In this document: positions 21,502 through 31,021 of the stretch, one piece after another
Layout: each line of letters begins with the position of its first letter
Position numbering within the stretch: the first letter of the stretch is position 1
NCBI GenBank assembly: GCA_036828955.1
Contig: DAISRJ010000002.1
Location: 9,342 to 73,341 of the forward strand
DNA from: Candidatus Dormiibacterota bacterium
GTDB taxonomy: Bacteria; Chloroflexota; Dormibacteria; Aeolococcales; Aeolococcaceae
Reading direction: 5' to 3'
Length of the DNA stretch: 64,000 nucleotides
Translations under genes and position numbers: made by a program
Notes under the pieces: generated by a model
Told to the model about the DNA's origin: nothing
The model's database searches: none
Seen by the model: only the letters and a program-made list of their open reading frames with translations

Positions 21502-22248
21502 GTGAGCCTCCGCGACTTCTTGCTGGTGCTGGCCGCGGGCATCGTTGCCGGCACCGCCAACACCATCGCCGGGGGTGGATCGTTGCTCAGCTTCCCACTC
21601 CTCGTCGCCCTCGGGCTGCCCCCGCTCGACGCCAACGTCACCAACACGCTGGGCATCGCCCCGGCCGGGCTGGGCGGTGTCCTCGGGTTTCGTCGCGAGC
21701 TGGCCTCCCAGAGGTCCCGCCTGCTCATCCTGCTGCCCATCTCGGTCGTCGGAGCCGTGGCCGGCGCGGTGCTGCTCCTGCGCACCCCGGCACACGTCTT
21801 CAGCAGGGTGGTGCCGCTGCTCATCGTGGTGGCCTGCGTGCTCCTGCTCCTGCAGCGCCGCATCGCGCGATCTCTGGAGAACCGACGCAGCCACCGGACC
21901 TGGCTGCTGCGCACCGGCACACTCGTCTCGGCAGTCTACGGGGGCTACTTCGGCGCCGCGGTGAGCGTGCTCCTGCTCGCGCTCCTCGCGGTCACTGTCC
22001 GTGACAGCCTGCAGCGCCTCAACGCGCTCAAGGTACCGCTCGCCGGGGCCATGAACCTGGTCGCGGGACTGGTCTTCGCCGTCTTCGCGCCGGTGCACTG
22101 GGTGTACGTGCTCGTCCTGGCGCCGTCCACGCTTCTGGGCGGGCGCATCGGCGCCTCGGCGGCACGACGCATCCCCGACCAGCCGCTCCGCCTCGTCGTG
22201 GTGGCCCTCGGCCTTGCCGCCGCCGTATGGCTCCAGGTCTCGCACTGA
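21502..22248 (+). CDS. TauE/SafE (TSUP, DUF81) family sulfite/anion exporter
   Basis: GTG start, an 8-TM protein with duplicated TSUP halves. Confidence 0.85.
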   Translation: MSLRDFLLVLAAGIVAGTANTIAGGGSLLSFPLLVALGLPPLDANVTNTLGIAPAGLGGVLGFRRELASQRSRLLILLPISVVGAVAGAVLLLRTPAHVFSRVVPLLIVVACVLLLLQRRIARSLENRRSHRTWLLRTGTLVSAVYGGYFGAAVSVLLLALLAVTVRDSLQRLNALKVPLAGAMNLVAGLVFAVFAPVHWVYVLVLAPSTLLGGRIGASAARRIPDQPLRLVVVALGLAAAVWLQVSH

Positions 22249-22267
22249 CCGGGCGAACCCCTCCCCG

Positions 22268-23008
22268 TCAGCCCCGGGGTGGCGGGGGTGGTGGTGGGTT
22301 CCCCGGCGGCGGTGCCGGCAGCGTGTTCAGGCGCGCTGCCGATCCCATCGCAAGGGCGACGGCGTTGACGGCCACGGCGACGGCGAGGGCGAGCAACACC
22401 AGCGTGAACCCGATGGCCGCGTGGATGTTGAAGAACGTCTCGATTCCACCGGTCACGCCGAGGCTGGAGAGCGTGTTGCCGCCGCCGGCGCTGAGCCGGC
22501 TGAGGATCGGGGTGTGGACGCCGGCGTTGTTGACCGCGACCAGCACCGCGGCCACCAGTGCCGCCGTGCCGGCGACGGCGGAGCGCAGGCGACCAGGGAG
22601 CGCCGTCGCCAGGATGCCGATGAGGATCAGGATCGCCGCCGCCACGATCAGCGGCTGGACACCGATCGCAGCCCCCGACGACGCCGCCGGGCTCGGGGCG
22701 GGTGACGACGTCGAGCCGGTGCAGCCGGGAAGGTCGGTGGCGGTGGTCGGGTCGCTGCCGGTCAGCAGGTTGAGGCCTGTGTAGGTGGCGAGGTCGCGGC
22801 CGCTGAGCGCCTGGACGCACCTGGTGATCGCGTCGGAGTTGCCGGACAGCCCGGAGCCTCCCGCCTGCGAGAGCGCCCCCCCGAGGGCGGCGCTGCCCGC
22901 CGCGGTGTTGCATGACACCCCCACGAATGGAAGCAGGAAGCAGAGCGCAGCGAGCACGAGGAGAATCGGCGAGGCGCCTCGCGCCGAACGCTCGGCGGTC
23001 GCAGACAT
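22268..23008 (-). CDS. Hypothetical membrane protein with Ser/Gly-rich low-complexity segments and a poly-Pro C-terminus
   Basis: Start chosen at MSATAERSARGASPILLVLAALCFLLPF. At least 4 hydrophobic helices. Preferred over the plus-strand ORFs 22214/22227 on hydropathy only. Confidence 0.4.
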   Translation of the reverse strand: MSATAERSARGASPILLVLAALCFLLPFVGVSCNTAAGSAALGGALSQAGGSGLSGNSDAITRCVQALSGRDLATYTGLNLLTGSDPTTATDLPGCTGSTSSPAPSPAASSGAAIGVQPLIVAAAILILIGILATALPGRLRSAVAGTAALVAAVLVAVNNAGVHTPILSRLSAGGGNTLSSLGVTGGIETFFNIHAAIGFTLVLLALAVAVAVNAVALAMGSAARLNTLPAPPPGNPPPPPPPRG

Positions 23009-23126
23009 GTCGGGTCTCCCAGGCGAGCGGAAGGGCTGTTCACTGTACGTCCCCGGTCCCGGTGCCGTGCGACGCCGGCCCATCCACGACACCGACGCGC
23101 GATCGCTCTGGCCGCGCGCCCGGCGG

Positions 23127-23480
23127 TCAGCCGATGCGGTCGCCGGGCCGGCAGTCGCCGTCGGGGCGGAGCAGGGCCACAGCCGGCGTTCCCTGCGCGT
23201 AGGCACCGAGGACGAGGACCTCGCTGCGCAGCGGCCCGACCTGGCGCGGCGGCAGGTTGACGACGGCGACCACCAGCGTGCCGACGAGCTCGTCGGGCTC
23301 GTACAGGTCGGTGAGACGTGCGGAGGACCGCCTCTGGCCAAGCTCCCCGAAGTCGATGACCATCCGGTAGGCGGGCCGGCGCGCCTGCGCGAACGTCTCG
23401 CACTCCAGCACGCGGCCGACGCGGATGTCGACGTCGAAGAAGTGCTGTGCGGAGACAGGGGCGGCCGGGGACTCGGTCAC
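23127..23480 (-). CDS. tRNA-binding domain protein (CsaA/Myf-like)
   Basis: 117 aa with the OB-fold tRNA-binding pattern. Confidence 0.8.
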   Translation of the reverse strand: MTESPAAPVSAQHFFDVDIRVGRVLECETFAQARRPAYRMVIDFGELGQRRSSARLTDLYEPDELVGTLVVAVVNLPPRQVGPLRSEVLVLGAYAQGTPAVALLRPDGDCRPGDRIG

Positions 23481-23549
23481 AGCGGCAGTATCGAGTGGCG
23501 TGCGGAACGCTGTCTATACTGCCCCGCAGGTCACAGAGGGAGGGGTCGC

Positions 23550-24233
23550 GTGCGTGGCGCCCGGGATCTGGTCGTCACAGTCGCGACGGTGGCCGCCCTC
23601 GGCGGGTGCGGGTCGGCGCCAGTCGAACCCGCCCAGGTTCTGCGCGACGCCAAGCAGAGCATCGACTCGGCATCGGCGGTTCACTTCACCCTGACCAGCC
23701 AGGGCGTGACCGGGACGGGACCGCTGATCACGGGCGGCAGCGGCGACGCGCTCCGCCCCAGCGGCTTCGCAGGCAGCCTCAGCGTTCTCGTCGGCGGCTT
23801 TCCCCTGACCGTCAACGTCGTCTCCACCGGCGGCGTGTTCTACGCGCAGACGCCGCTTGCCGCCGGCTACACAAAGGCCGACCCGGCGACCTACGGGTTC
23901 GGCGACCCGGCCCAGCTGCTCGACCCCGCCCACGGGCTCTCCAGCCTGATCACCGCCTGCACCGGGGCGGCGACACGGGACGCCGACAGGCTCGACGGCG
24001 AGCAGCTCGACGAGGTGGGATGCTCGATCCCGGGGACGCTCGTCGCCGCCCTGCTCACCAGTGCCGACTCGTCACAGCAGGTGCAGGCCACCATCGGCGT
24101 CGACGCCACCACCCACCAACTCCGCCGCGTGACCCTGGTCGGCCCCTTCTTCGACAAGGCACACCCGAGCACGTTCATTGTTGTTCTCGACAAGTACGGC
24201 GAGAACGTGGCGATCACGCCCCCCGCCGGCTGA
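23550..24233 (+). CDS. lprG: LppX/LprAFG-family lipoprotein (LprG-like)
   Basis: GTG start after GGGAGGGG. Signal peptide with lipobox LGGCGS, 227 aa, family-typical C-terminus. It is in frame with the larger track ORF, whose upstream part is rejected. Confidence 0.8.
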   Translation: MRGARDLVVTVATVAALGGCGSAPVEPAQVLRDAKQSIDSASAVHFTLTSQGVTGTGPLITGGSGDALRPSGFAGSLSVLVGGFPLTVNVVSTGGVFYAQTPLAAGYTKADPATYGFGDPAQLLDPAHGLSSLITACTGAATRDADRLDGEQLDEVGCSIPGTLVAALLTSADSSQQVQATIGVDATTHQLRRVTLVGPFFDKAHPSTFIVVLDKYGENVAITPPAG

Positions 24234-24234
24234 G

Positions 24235-26028
24235 GTGCCCGTCGTCGCCGCGCAGGCCCCGCGGGGGGCCCGCCGCCGGTTGGGCTTCGCCACCGCCGGC
24301 GTGCTCCTCGGCGCCGCGGATACGTACGTGGTGGTTGTGGCCCTGCCGTCGATCATGAGCTCGGTCGGCGTCGACCTGGCTCACCTCCAGGAGGCGACGC
24401 CGATCATCAGCGGGTTCCTGGTCGGCTACGTGGCGGTGCTGCCGCTGCTGGGCAGGTTGTCCGACCTGCACGGGCGCGGACCGGTGCTCAGCGCGTGCCT
24501 CATCGTGTTCGCGGCCGGCTCGATCCTGACGGGCTCGGCGAACACCCTCGGCGCCGTGGTGATTGGCCGCACCCTCCAGGGGGCCGGCGGAGGCGGGCTC
24601 GTGCCGGTCACCCTGGCGTTGGTCGCCGACCTGTGGCCGTCACACCGCCGCGGCGTGCCCCTGGGCATCGTCGGGGCGGTGCAGGAGTTCGGCAGCGTCG
24701 TCGGCCCGCTGTATGGGGCGGCGCTGACGGCGGCGAGCACGTGGAGGGCAATCTTCTACGTCAACGTGCCGCTCGCGGCCGTCGTCGCAGCCGGGGTCGG
24801 CCCCGGCCGGCGCCGCCAGCGCCACGACCAAGCGGCGGGGCGCCGCTTCGACCGTGCCGGCCTGGCGTTGGCGGTCGTCGGCGCGCTGGCCGCGGTCCTC
24901 GCCGTCATCACGCCGCCGGCGCTGGCCGACTCTGTGACCGTGGGGACGGCGTTCGCGCCGCTCCTCGGCGACGCCGGTATCACCTCACCGATCGCTCTCC
25001 TTGCCGTGCTCAGTGCCGTCGCCTTCGTGGTGCGCGAGGTGTTCGTCCCCGACACCGTGCGCGCGCTGGTGCCACTGCGCGGTCTCCCCACCGGGCTGGG
25101 CCACGTCGACTGGGCCGGGGCTGTGCTGGTGGCGCTGATCCTCGGCTGCGTGGTCGTCTCGTTCGCCTCGGCGGACCCGCAGCGGGCGGCGGTCGGCGGA
25201 GCGGCGCCGGTGCTGCTCGTCGCCGCGGCGCTGCTCAGCGCGCTCTTCGTGCGCCGGGAACTGCGCACCCCAGAACCGCTCATCGACCTCCGCGCGCTGC
25301 GCAGCCGCGCGGCCACGGGGTCGCTGGCCGCCAACCTTGCGGTCGGAGCCGCGCTGATGGCGGCGCTCGTCGACGTCCCGGTCTTCGCGCGTGCCACGGC
25401 AGGCGCCGCCTCGCAGGTCGCCGCCGCGCTGGTGCTGGCGCGACTGCTCGTGGCCATCCCCGCCGGCGTGCTCATCGGCGGCGCGCTGGTGGGACGGCTC
25501 GGCCACCGCACCGTCGCCGGCGCCGGCATGCTGCTCAGCGCGCTCATGTTCGTGGTCATGAGCGGGTGGTCGGCGCACACCCTGGTCGACCCCCTGGCCG
25601 GGCTCGGCTGGCTTCATCCCAGCGACCCGGTTCTGGCAGGCTGCGGGCTGGGTTTCGGGCTCTCTGTCGTGCCCATCACGGCGGCCATCCTCGACGCCGT
25701 CCCTCAACCCCTGCACGGCGTGGCCGCGTCGCTGACGGTGGCCGCCAGGATGGTCGGGATGCTCGCCGGCCTCTCGCTGCTCACAGCGATCGGGCTGCGC
25801 CGTTTCTACAGTGTGCAGTCGATGCTGCCCAACCCCGCGTCTCTGTGCCCACGCAGCCCCCTCAGCTGTGCCGCCTACGACAGCCTCGAGACTGGCGCGA
25901 TCGTGGATGAGCTGCACGTCGTGTTCATGGGAGCGGCACTGTGCGCCCTGCTCGCCGCCGTCCTGGCCGTTGCCCTGCTCCGCGGCGGCGGCCGCGGCGA
26001 GACCCATCTCGTGGAGGGCGTCGCGTGA
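24235..26028 (+). CDS. MFS transporter (P55/Rv1410c-like drug/lipid efflux, DHA2 family)
   Basis: GTG start 2 nt after the lprG stop. 14 predicted TM helices. Confidence 0.85.
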   Translation: MPVVAAQAPRGARRRLGFATAGVLLGAADTYVVVVALPSIMSSVGVDLAHLQEATPIISGFLVGYVAVLPLLGRLSDLHGRGPVLSACLIVFAAGSILTGSANTLGAVVIGRTLQGAGGGGLVPVTLALVADLWPSHRRGVPLGIVGAVQEFGSVVGPLYGAALTAASTWRAIFYVNVPLAAVVAAGVGPGRRRQRHDQAAGRRFDRAGLALAVVGALAAVLAVITPPALADSVTVGTAFAPLLGDAGITSPIALLAVLSAVAFVVREVFVPDTVRALVPLRGLPTGLGHVDWAGAVLVALILGCVVVSFASADPQRAAVGGAAPVLLVAAALLSALFVRRELRTPEPLIDLRALRSRAATGSLAANLAVGAALMAALVDVPVFARATAGAASQVAAALVLARLLVAIPAGVLIGGALVGRLGHRTVAGAGMLLSALMFVVMSGWSAHTLVDPLAGLGWLHPSDPVLAGCGLGFGLSVVPITAAILDAVPQPLHGVAASLTVAARMVGMLAGLSLLTAIGLRRFYSVQSMLPNPASLCPRSPLSCAAYDSLETGAIVDELHVVFMGAALCALLAAVLAVALLRGGGRGETHLVEGVA

Positions 26029-27416
26029 GCTTGGGGGTCAGCGAACACGAGGTGCCGCTCACCGAGGAGCTGCTCATCGAGTCCATCGCCGAGGCCGCCG
26101 AGGCGGCCGGGGTGGAGGTGTACCTCGTCGGCGGCTTCGTCCGCGATCGCCTCCTCGGGCGCCCGGGCAAGGACATCGACCTCCTCGCCGTCGGGGACGA
26201 CGGCACCGAGGTGCTCGCCGCCATCGCGCGCCGCTTTCACTGGCACCCACCGCAGCGCTTCGAGCGCTTCGGGACGGGCCAGGTGCGCGGCTCCGGGTTC
26301 GTCGTGGAGGTGGTCCGCGCCCGGGCGGAGAGCTACGACGCCGCCTCGCGCAAGCCAGATGTCCGCCCCGGCACCCTGGAGGAGGACATCTGGAGGCGCG
26401 ACTTCACGGTCAACGCCCTCTGCCAGACCCTCGACGGCCGTGTCCTCGACATCACCGGTCGCGGCCTCGACGACCTGCGCCGGGGTCTCCTGCGCACGCC
26501 TCTCGACCCCGAGCAGACCTTCGGCGAAGACCCCCTGCGCATGTTCCGGGCGGCGCGGTTCGCGGCGCAGCTCGGCTTCGGCACCGCCCCCGGGCTGACC
26601 GCCGCGATGACTCGGATGGCGTCGCGGTCGGAGATCCTCAGCGCCGAGAGGGTCGCAGAGGAGCTCCGCCGCCTGCTCGTCGCCGAGCACCCCCGCAGCG
26701 GGCTCGACCTGCTCCGTGACGGCGGCCTGCTCGCCGCTTGGTTTCCCGAGCTCGAGGCGATGGTGGGCGTCGAGCAGGGCGGCTACCACATCTACGACGT
26801 GTTCGACCACACGGCCCACACCGTCGCCGACGTGCCAGCCGACGTGGTCACGCGACTTGCCGCCCTGCTCCACGATGTCGGCAAGCCGCCCACCCACGTC
26901 ATCGACGAACACGGCAAGCACACTTTCTACAACCATCCCTCCGTCGGCGCCGCCATCAGCGAGGCGCTGCTCACGCGGCTGCGCTTCAGCAACGACGTCA
27001 TCGCCGCTGTGGCGCTGCTTGTGCGCCATCACCTCCGCCCCATCCAGTACCTCCCCGGCGAGTGGAGCGACACCGCCGTGCGACGGTTGGTGCGCGCCGT
27101 CGGCGACCAGCGCGAGCGTCTCCTCGACCTGGCGCGCGGCGACACGCGGGCGTCGTCTTTCCCCGACACTGACAAGATCGAGGAGCTGGACGCGAGGATG
27201 CGTCACCTGGACGCCGGCGGCGCTCTCTCACAGATGCGCATACCGCTCGACGGCGACGAGATCATCCGGCTCGCCGGGGGGCGCAGGCCGGGGCCGTGGG
27301 TGGGGCGCGTGGGCCGTGCGCTCGAGGAGGCGGTGCTCGAGGGAGCCATCCCCCCTGACGACGCGGTGGCGGCGCGCGACTGGCTGGCCCGGCATCCCGA
27401 GCTCCTCGAGGGCTGA
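26025..27416 (+). CDS. cca: CCA tRNA nucleotidyltransferase / poly(A) polymerase family protein with HD domain
   Basis: GTG start overlaps the MFS stop as GTGA. PolyA_pol head domain GGFVRDRLLGRPGKDIDL and an HD domain (HDVGK). Confidence 0.85.
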   Translation: MSLGVSEHEVPLTEELLIESIAEAAEAAGVEVYLVGGFVRDRLLGRPGKDIDLLAVGDDGTEVLAAIARRFHWHPPQRFERFGTGQVRGSGFVVEVVRARAESYDAASRKPDVRPGTLEEDIWRRDFTVNALCQTLDGRVLDITGRGLDDLRRGLLRTPLDPEQTFGEDPLRMFRAARFAAQLGFGTAPGLTAAMTRMASRSEILSAERVAEELRRLLVAEHPRSGLDLLRDGGLLAAWFPELEAMVGVEQGGYHIYDVFDHTAHTVADVPADVVTRLAALLHDVGKPPTHVIDEHGKHTFYNHPSVGAAISEALLTRLRFSNDVIAAVALLVRHHLRPIQYLPGEWSDTAVRRLVRAVGDQRERLLDLARGDTRASSFPDTDKIEELDARMRHLDAGGALSQMRIPLDGDEIIRLAGGRRPGPWVGRVGRALEEAVLEGAIPPDDAVAARDWLARHPELLEG

Positions 27417-27446
27417 GCCTTCGACGGCCCGCGAGGCGGCGGGCGA

Positions 27447-27452
27447 TAGAAT
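27447..27452 (+). promoter_or_regulatory. Candidate -10 element TAGAAT placed for leaderless transcription of the DUF1232 gene
   Basis: TAGAAT ends about 9 nt before the ATG at 27462, and no SD lies between. Confidence 0.25.
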
Positions 27453-27461
27453 GCGCGCTCC

Positions 27462-27902
27462 ATGCTGAGCCGAGTGCGCTTCCTCAAGCGCTTCGCCCTC
27501 GACCTCCCCAAGCGGGCGCGCCTCGCCTATTGCCTGATGCGCGATCCACGCGTGTCGCGGCGCAACAAGGCGGCATTTGCGGCGGCCATGGGCGCCATCG
27601 TGACCCCGTTCATCGACCTGCCTTCGGTCATCCCTTTTGTCGGCGAGATCGACATGCTGGCCCTAACCCTGCTGGCCATTCGTCTGTTCATCGCCGCCTG
27701 CCCGGATGACGTGGTCGCCGACGTGCAGCAGCAGATCCTCGAGGGACGCAGCGTTTTCGACGAGGATGTCCACAACGGTGAGCGCATCGCCACCGCCCTC
27801 ACGCGGCGTTTCCAGCACGACGACATGGCCTCGGCACCACCAGCATTCAGCGAGCCGGCTACGCCGAGGGAAGCCGAGCCCGTCGCGGGGGTTGGCAGGT
27901 GA
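27462..27902 (+). CDS. DUF1232 (YkvA-like) domain membrane protein
   Basis: RRNKAAFAAAMGAIVTPFIDLPSVIPFVGEIDMLA matches the DUF1232 core. Confidence 0.6.
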   Translation: MLSRVRFLKRFALDLPKRARLAYCLMRDPRVSRRNKAAFAAAMGAIVTPFIDLPSVIPFVGEIDMLALTLLAIRLFIAACPDDVVADVQQQILEGRSVFDEDVHNGERIATALTRRFQHDDMASAPPAFSEPATPREAEPVAGVGR

Positions 27903-28345
27903 AGGTGCTCTTCGTCAAGGAGGTCGTGGGGACAGCCAGGGCCGGCGACGTCAAGGAGGTGTCGCCGGGCTACGCACGCAACTTCCTACTCCCCAAGCGG
28001 CTTGCGGTCGTCGCCGACGATCGAGTCGTCGAGCAGATCAAGCGCCGCGAGGAGGCCACGCGGCGACGCGTTGAAAAGGCGCTCACCGAGGCACGCGAGA
28101 CGGCGGCACGACTGAAGAAGCTCACCGTCACCATCTACGCCAAGACCGGGGACAGCGGCAGGCTGTTCGGCTCGGTCACCAACGCCGACATCGCCACCCA
28201 GCTGAAGCGTGAGGCCGGCCTCGACATCGACAAGCGGAAGATCGCCGTCGAGCCGGCGATCAAGTCACTCGGTCCCCACGAGGTCACGGTCCAATTGCAC
28301 ACGGAGGTCAGTGAGACACTGCGCGTCGTCGTCGCCGCGCAATGA
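27899..28345 (+). CDS. rplI: 50S ribosomal protein L9
   Basis: MKVLFVKEVVGTARAGDVKEVSPGYARNFLLPKRLA, 148 aa. Confidence 0.9.
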   Translation: MKVLFVKEVVGTARAGDVKEVSPGYARNFLLPKRLAVVADDRVVEQIKRREEATRRRVEKALTEARETAARLKKLTVTIYAKTGDSGRLFGSVTNADIATQLKREAGLDIDKRKIAVEPAIKSLGPHEVTVQLHTEVSETLRVVVAAQ

Positions 28346-29715
28346 GCACCTACCCGGCCTCCGACGTCACCGTCAACCTCACCGGGACGGCCGTGACCTC
28401 GGGGCGGGTCGCGCCCCACGACCTCGGAGCCGAGCGCGCCGTGCTCGGCTCGCTGATGATCGACCAGGCCTCGATCGCCGAGATCCGCGACATCCTCGAG
28501 CCCGGCGACTTCTACGCCGAGCGCCACTCGCTCATCTACCGGGCCGCCACCGCCCTCGCCGACCGTGGCGACCCCATCGACGAGGTGACGCTGCAGTCCC
28601 AGCTGGAACGCAGCTCCAGCGTGGGCCGGGCGGGCGGACTCGACTACATCTCCGAGCTCACCCTCGAGGTGCCCACCGCTGCGTCCGTCCGCCATTGGGC
28701 GGGCATCGTCATCAACCACTCGCTGCGCCGCAAGCTGATCGGCGTCGGCGGCGAGGTGGCCCGTCTCGGCTTCGACAACGCGGTGCCTGCGGAGGACGCC
28801 ATCGAGCTGGCCGAGCAGGAGATCTTCCAGATCAGCCAGGCCCGCCGCGGCCAGGAAGCCACACACATCGCCAAGCTCGTCCACGACACCTGGGAGCTGC
28901 TCGAGGAACGCCTCCAGAAGAAGGAGCTGATCAACGGCGTCCGCACCAACTACGCGCGCCTGGACGGGCTCACCCAGGGCCTCCAGCCCCAGGAGCTGGT
29001 CATCCTCGCGGCCCGCCCCTCGGTGGGCAAGACGTCGCTGGCGCTCAACATCGCGCGCAACGCTGCCGTCCTGGCCCGCGTTCCCGTGGCCATCTTCTCT
29101 CTCGAGATGAGCAGGCAGGCCCTTGCGCAGCGGCTGATCTGCAGCGAGGCGATGGTCAACTCCCACGTGCTCCGCTCCGGCAACGCCAGCCAGCTCGACT
29201 TCCAACGCATCGCCGCCGCCATGGACAAGCTGACCCAGGCAGAGCTGTGGATCGACGACACGCCGCGCCTGTCGATCGCCACGCTGAGGGCCCGGGCGCG
29301 GCGCATGAAGGCGCAGCACAAGATCGGCTTGGTGATCATCGACTACCTCCAGCTGATGCAGGGCGGCCGCCAGGAGTCCCGCGTCCAGGAGGTGACCGAC
29401 ATCTCAGCGGGGCTGAAGGCCGTGGCCAAGGAGCTCGAGGTGCCGGTGCTGGCCCTGTCGCAGCTGTCCCGCGCCAGCGAGCAGCGACCCGACAAGCGTC
29501 CGCAGCTGTCCGACCTGCGCGATTCCGGCGCCATCGAGCAGGACGCAGACGTGGTGTTGTTCCTCTACCGCGAGGGGATGCACAAGCAGGATGTCGACAA
29601 GGCCCAGACGGAGCTGATCGTCGCCAAGAACCGCAACGGGCCGACCGGCGACATCCAGCTGATCTTCAACGCCGAGCAGACGACCTTCCGCGAGCCCTAC
29701 CCCCACGACGAGTAG
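28342..29715 (+). CDS. dnaB: Replicative DNA helicase DnaB
   Basis: N-terminal DnaB domain, RecA-like domain with Walker A/B. 457 aa, no intein. Confidence 0.95.
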   Translation: MSTYPASDVTVNLTGTAVTSGRVAPHDLGAERAVLGSLMIDQASIAEIRDILEPGDFYAERHSLIYRAATALADRGDPIDEVTLQSQLERSSSVGRAGGLDYISELTLEVPTAASVRHWAGIVINHSLRRKLIGVGGEVARLGFDNAVPAEDAIELAEQEIFQISQARRGQEATHIAKLVHDTWELLEERLQKKELINGVRTNYARLDGLTQGLQPQELVILAARPSVGKTSLALNIARNAAVLARVPVAIFSLEMSRQALAQRLICSEAMVNSHVLRSGNASQLDFQRIAAAMDKLTQAELWIDDTPRLSIATLRARARRMKAQHKIGLVIIDYLQLMQGGRQESRVQEVTDISAGLKAVAKELEVPVLALSQLSRASEQRPDKRPQLSDLRDSGAIEQDADVVLFLYREGMHKQDVDKAQTELIVAKNRNGPTGDIQLIFNAEQTTFREPYPHDE

Positions 29716-29839
29716 TCCTCACGAGGCACAGGGGAGCATGTCGCGCCAAGCGTCACTCTTTGCTGACGGTGACCGTTGGGAAGGGTGACGGAGCGCCGAC
29801 GGACAGACGGCCACGGTACACCGGTGTTTCAATGGCAGC

Positions 29840-30916
29840 GTGAGGAGAGTCATGGCTTGTGCGCGCGCCGTGCTGCGGTCGAAGTGGCTGCGCATCGGTG
29901 GCACCCTCGCAGGCATCACCTTCCTCGTCCACAACGTGGACATGGGCAAGGCGGGGCGCAGCCTGATGGGCGCCGACTGGCGCTGGGCCGTCCTGGGCCT
30001 GGCCCTCACCGCCGTCGCGTGCCTGGCCTCGGTCTTCGAGTGGGGGGTGCTTCTGCGCAGCAGCGCGGGGCTTGGGGTGCGTAGCCCGGTCGACCACGCC
30101 GAGGGTCACCAGCACCACCACCTCTTCAGCTGGCAGCGGCTGTCGTCGTCCTACCTTCAGAGCCTCTTCTTCGCGCAGCTGCTTCCGGCCGGCGTCGGCG
30201 GTGACGCGATGCGCACCGTCGAGATGGGCAAGGTGGTCGGGCACGGCAAGATCCTCGCCTCCCTGGCCGGCAGCCGCATGGCGGGGACCATGGGCATGGC
30301 CTTCTGGGGCCTCGCCGCCGCCGTCCTGCTGCGCGGCTGGATCGGCATCGGTTCGCTGATCGGAGCCTGCGTGTTCGCCGCCGTCATGGTGCTTGCCTGG
30401 ATGGCCGCCCTGGCCGCGGACCGAATCGTGGGCCGCCACTTCCTGGAGCGCAGCTCGAGGGCGTTCGTGCGCACCATCCACTCCTTCGCCCAGACCTTCT
30501 CGGGCTACCGCCGCCACCCCCACGCCATCGTCCAGTGCATCGTGGTCGGGGCAGCCGGCTGGGGGGTGAACATCCTCGCCCTCGACATCTTCGCCCGGGC
30601 CATCGGCATCGACGTCAGCTGGACGGTCTTCGCGGTGGCCATCCCGGTCACGCTGGTCGCCACCCTGACCCCCTTCTCGGTCAATGGTCTCGGCATCCGC
30701 GAGGGCGTTCTGGTGGGCATGCTGACCCACGCCGGGGTGAGCTCGGGCCACGCCGCCGCCATGGCCGTGCTCGTCGACGTCCAGATGCTGCCCTTCGGGA
30801 TTGTCGGCGCCGGGCTCTGGATGCGCCATCGCAGGCAGGAGGTAGCCCCCGCCATCGCCGAGGTGGCCCAGGCCGAAACCACCGCCGCCCACGAGCTGGT
30901 CGCCGTCGCCGCCTGA
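29840..30916 (+). CDS. Lysylphosphatidylglycerol-synthase TM-region-like (UPF0104, flippase-like) membrane protein
   Basis: 8 TM helices and LLPAGVGGDAMR (family motif); it lacks a C-terminal aminoacyl-transferase domain. A His-rich loop VDHAEGHQHHH is present. Confidence 0.7.
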   Translation: MRRVMACARAVLRSKWLRIGGTLAGITFLVHNVDMGKAGRSLMGADWRWAVLGLALTAVACLASVFEWGVLLRSSAGLGVRSPVDHAEGHQHHHLFSWQRLSSSYLQSLFFAQLLPAGVGGDAMRTVEMGKVVGHGKILASLAGSRMAGTMGMAFWGLAAAVLLRGWIGIGSLIGACVFAAVMVLAWMAALAADRIVGRHFLERSSRAFVRTIHSFAQTFSGYRRHPHAIVQCIVVGAAGWGVNILALDIFARAIGIDVSWTVFAVAIPVTLVATLTPFSVNGLGIREGVLVGMLTHAGVSSGHAAAMAVLVDVQMLPFGIVGAGLWMRHRRQEVAPAIAEVAQAETTAAHELVAVAA

Positions 30917-31021
30917 CGTCTTCCCGCGTCCAGGAGCGCTGGTCGGAGGCTGCAACGGACGGCAACGCCTCGTTGACGGCTGGGCCGCATTGAAGTTGCA
31001 GCCCATACACTCGGGTGGCGC

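Noticed and set aside
22214-22784. Plus-strand ORFs 22214..22705 and 22227..22784 as alternatives to the minus-strand membrane protein
   Set aside because: Poly-Gly/Arg low-complexity with no hydropathy pattern, whereas the minus-strand frame gives several clean TM helices. The choice remains low confidence.
28342-29715. Intein in dnaB (common in actinobacterial DnaB)
   Set aside because: The protein is 457 aa with contiguous DnaB motifs, and there is no room for an intein.
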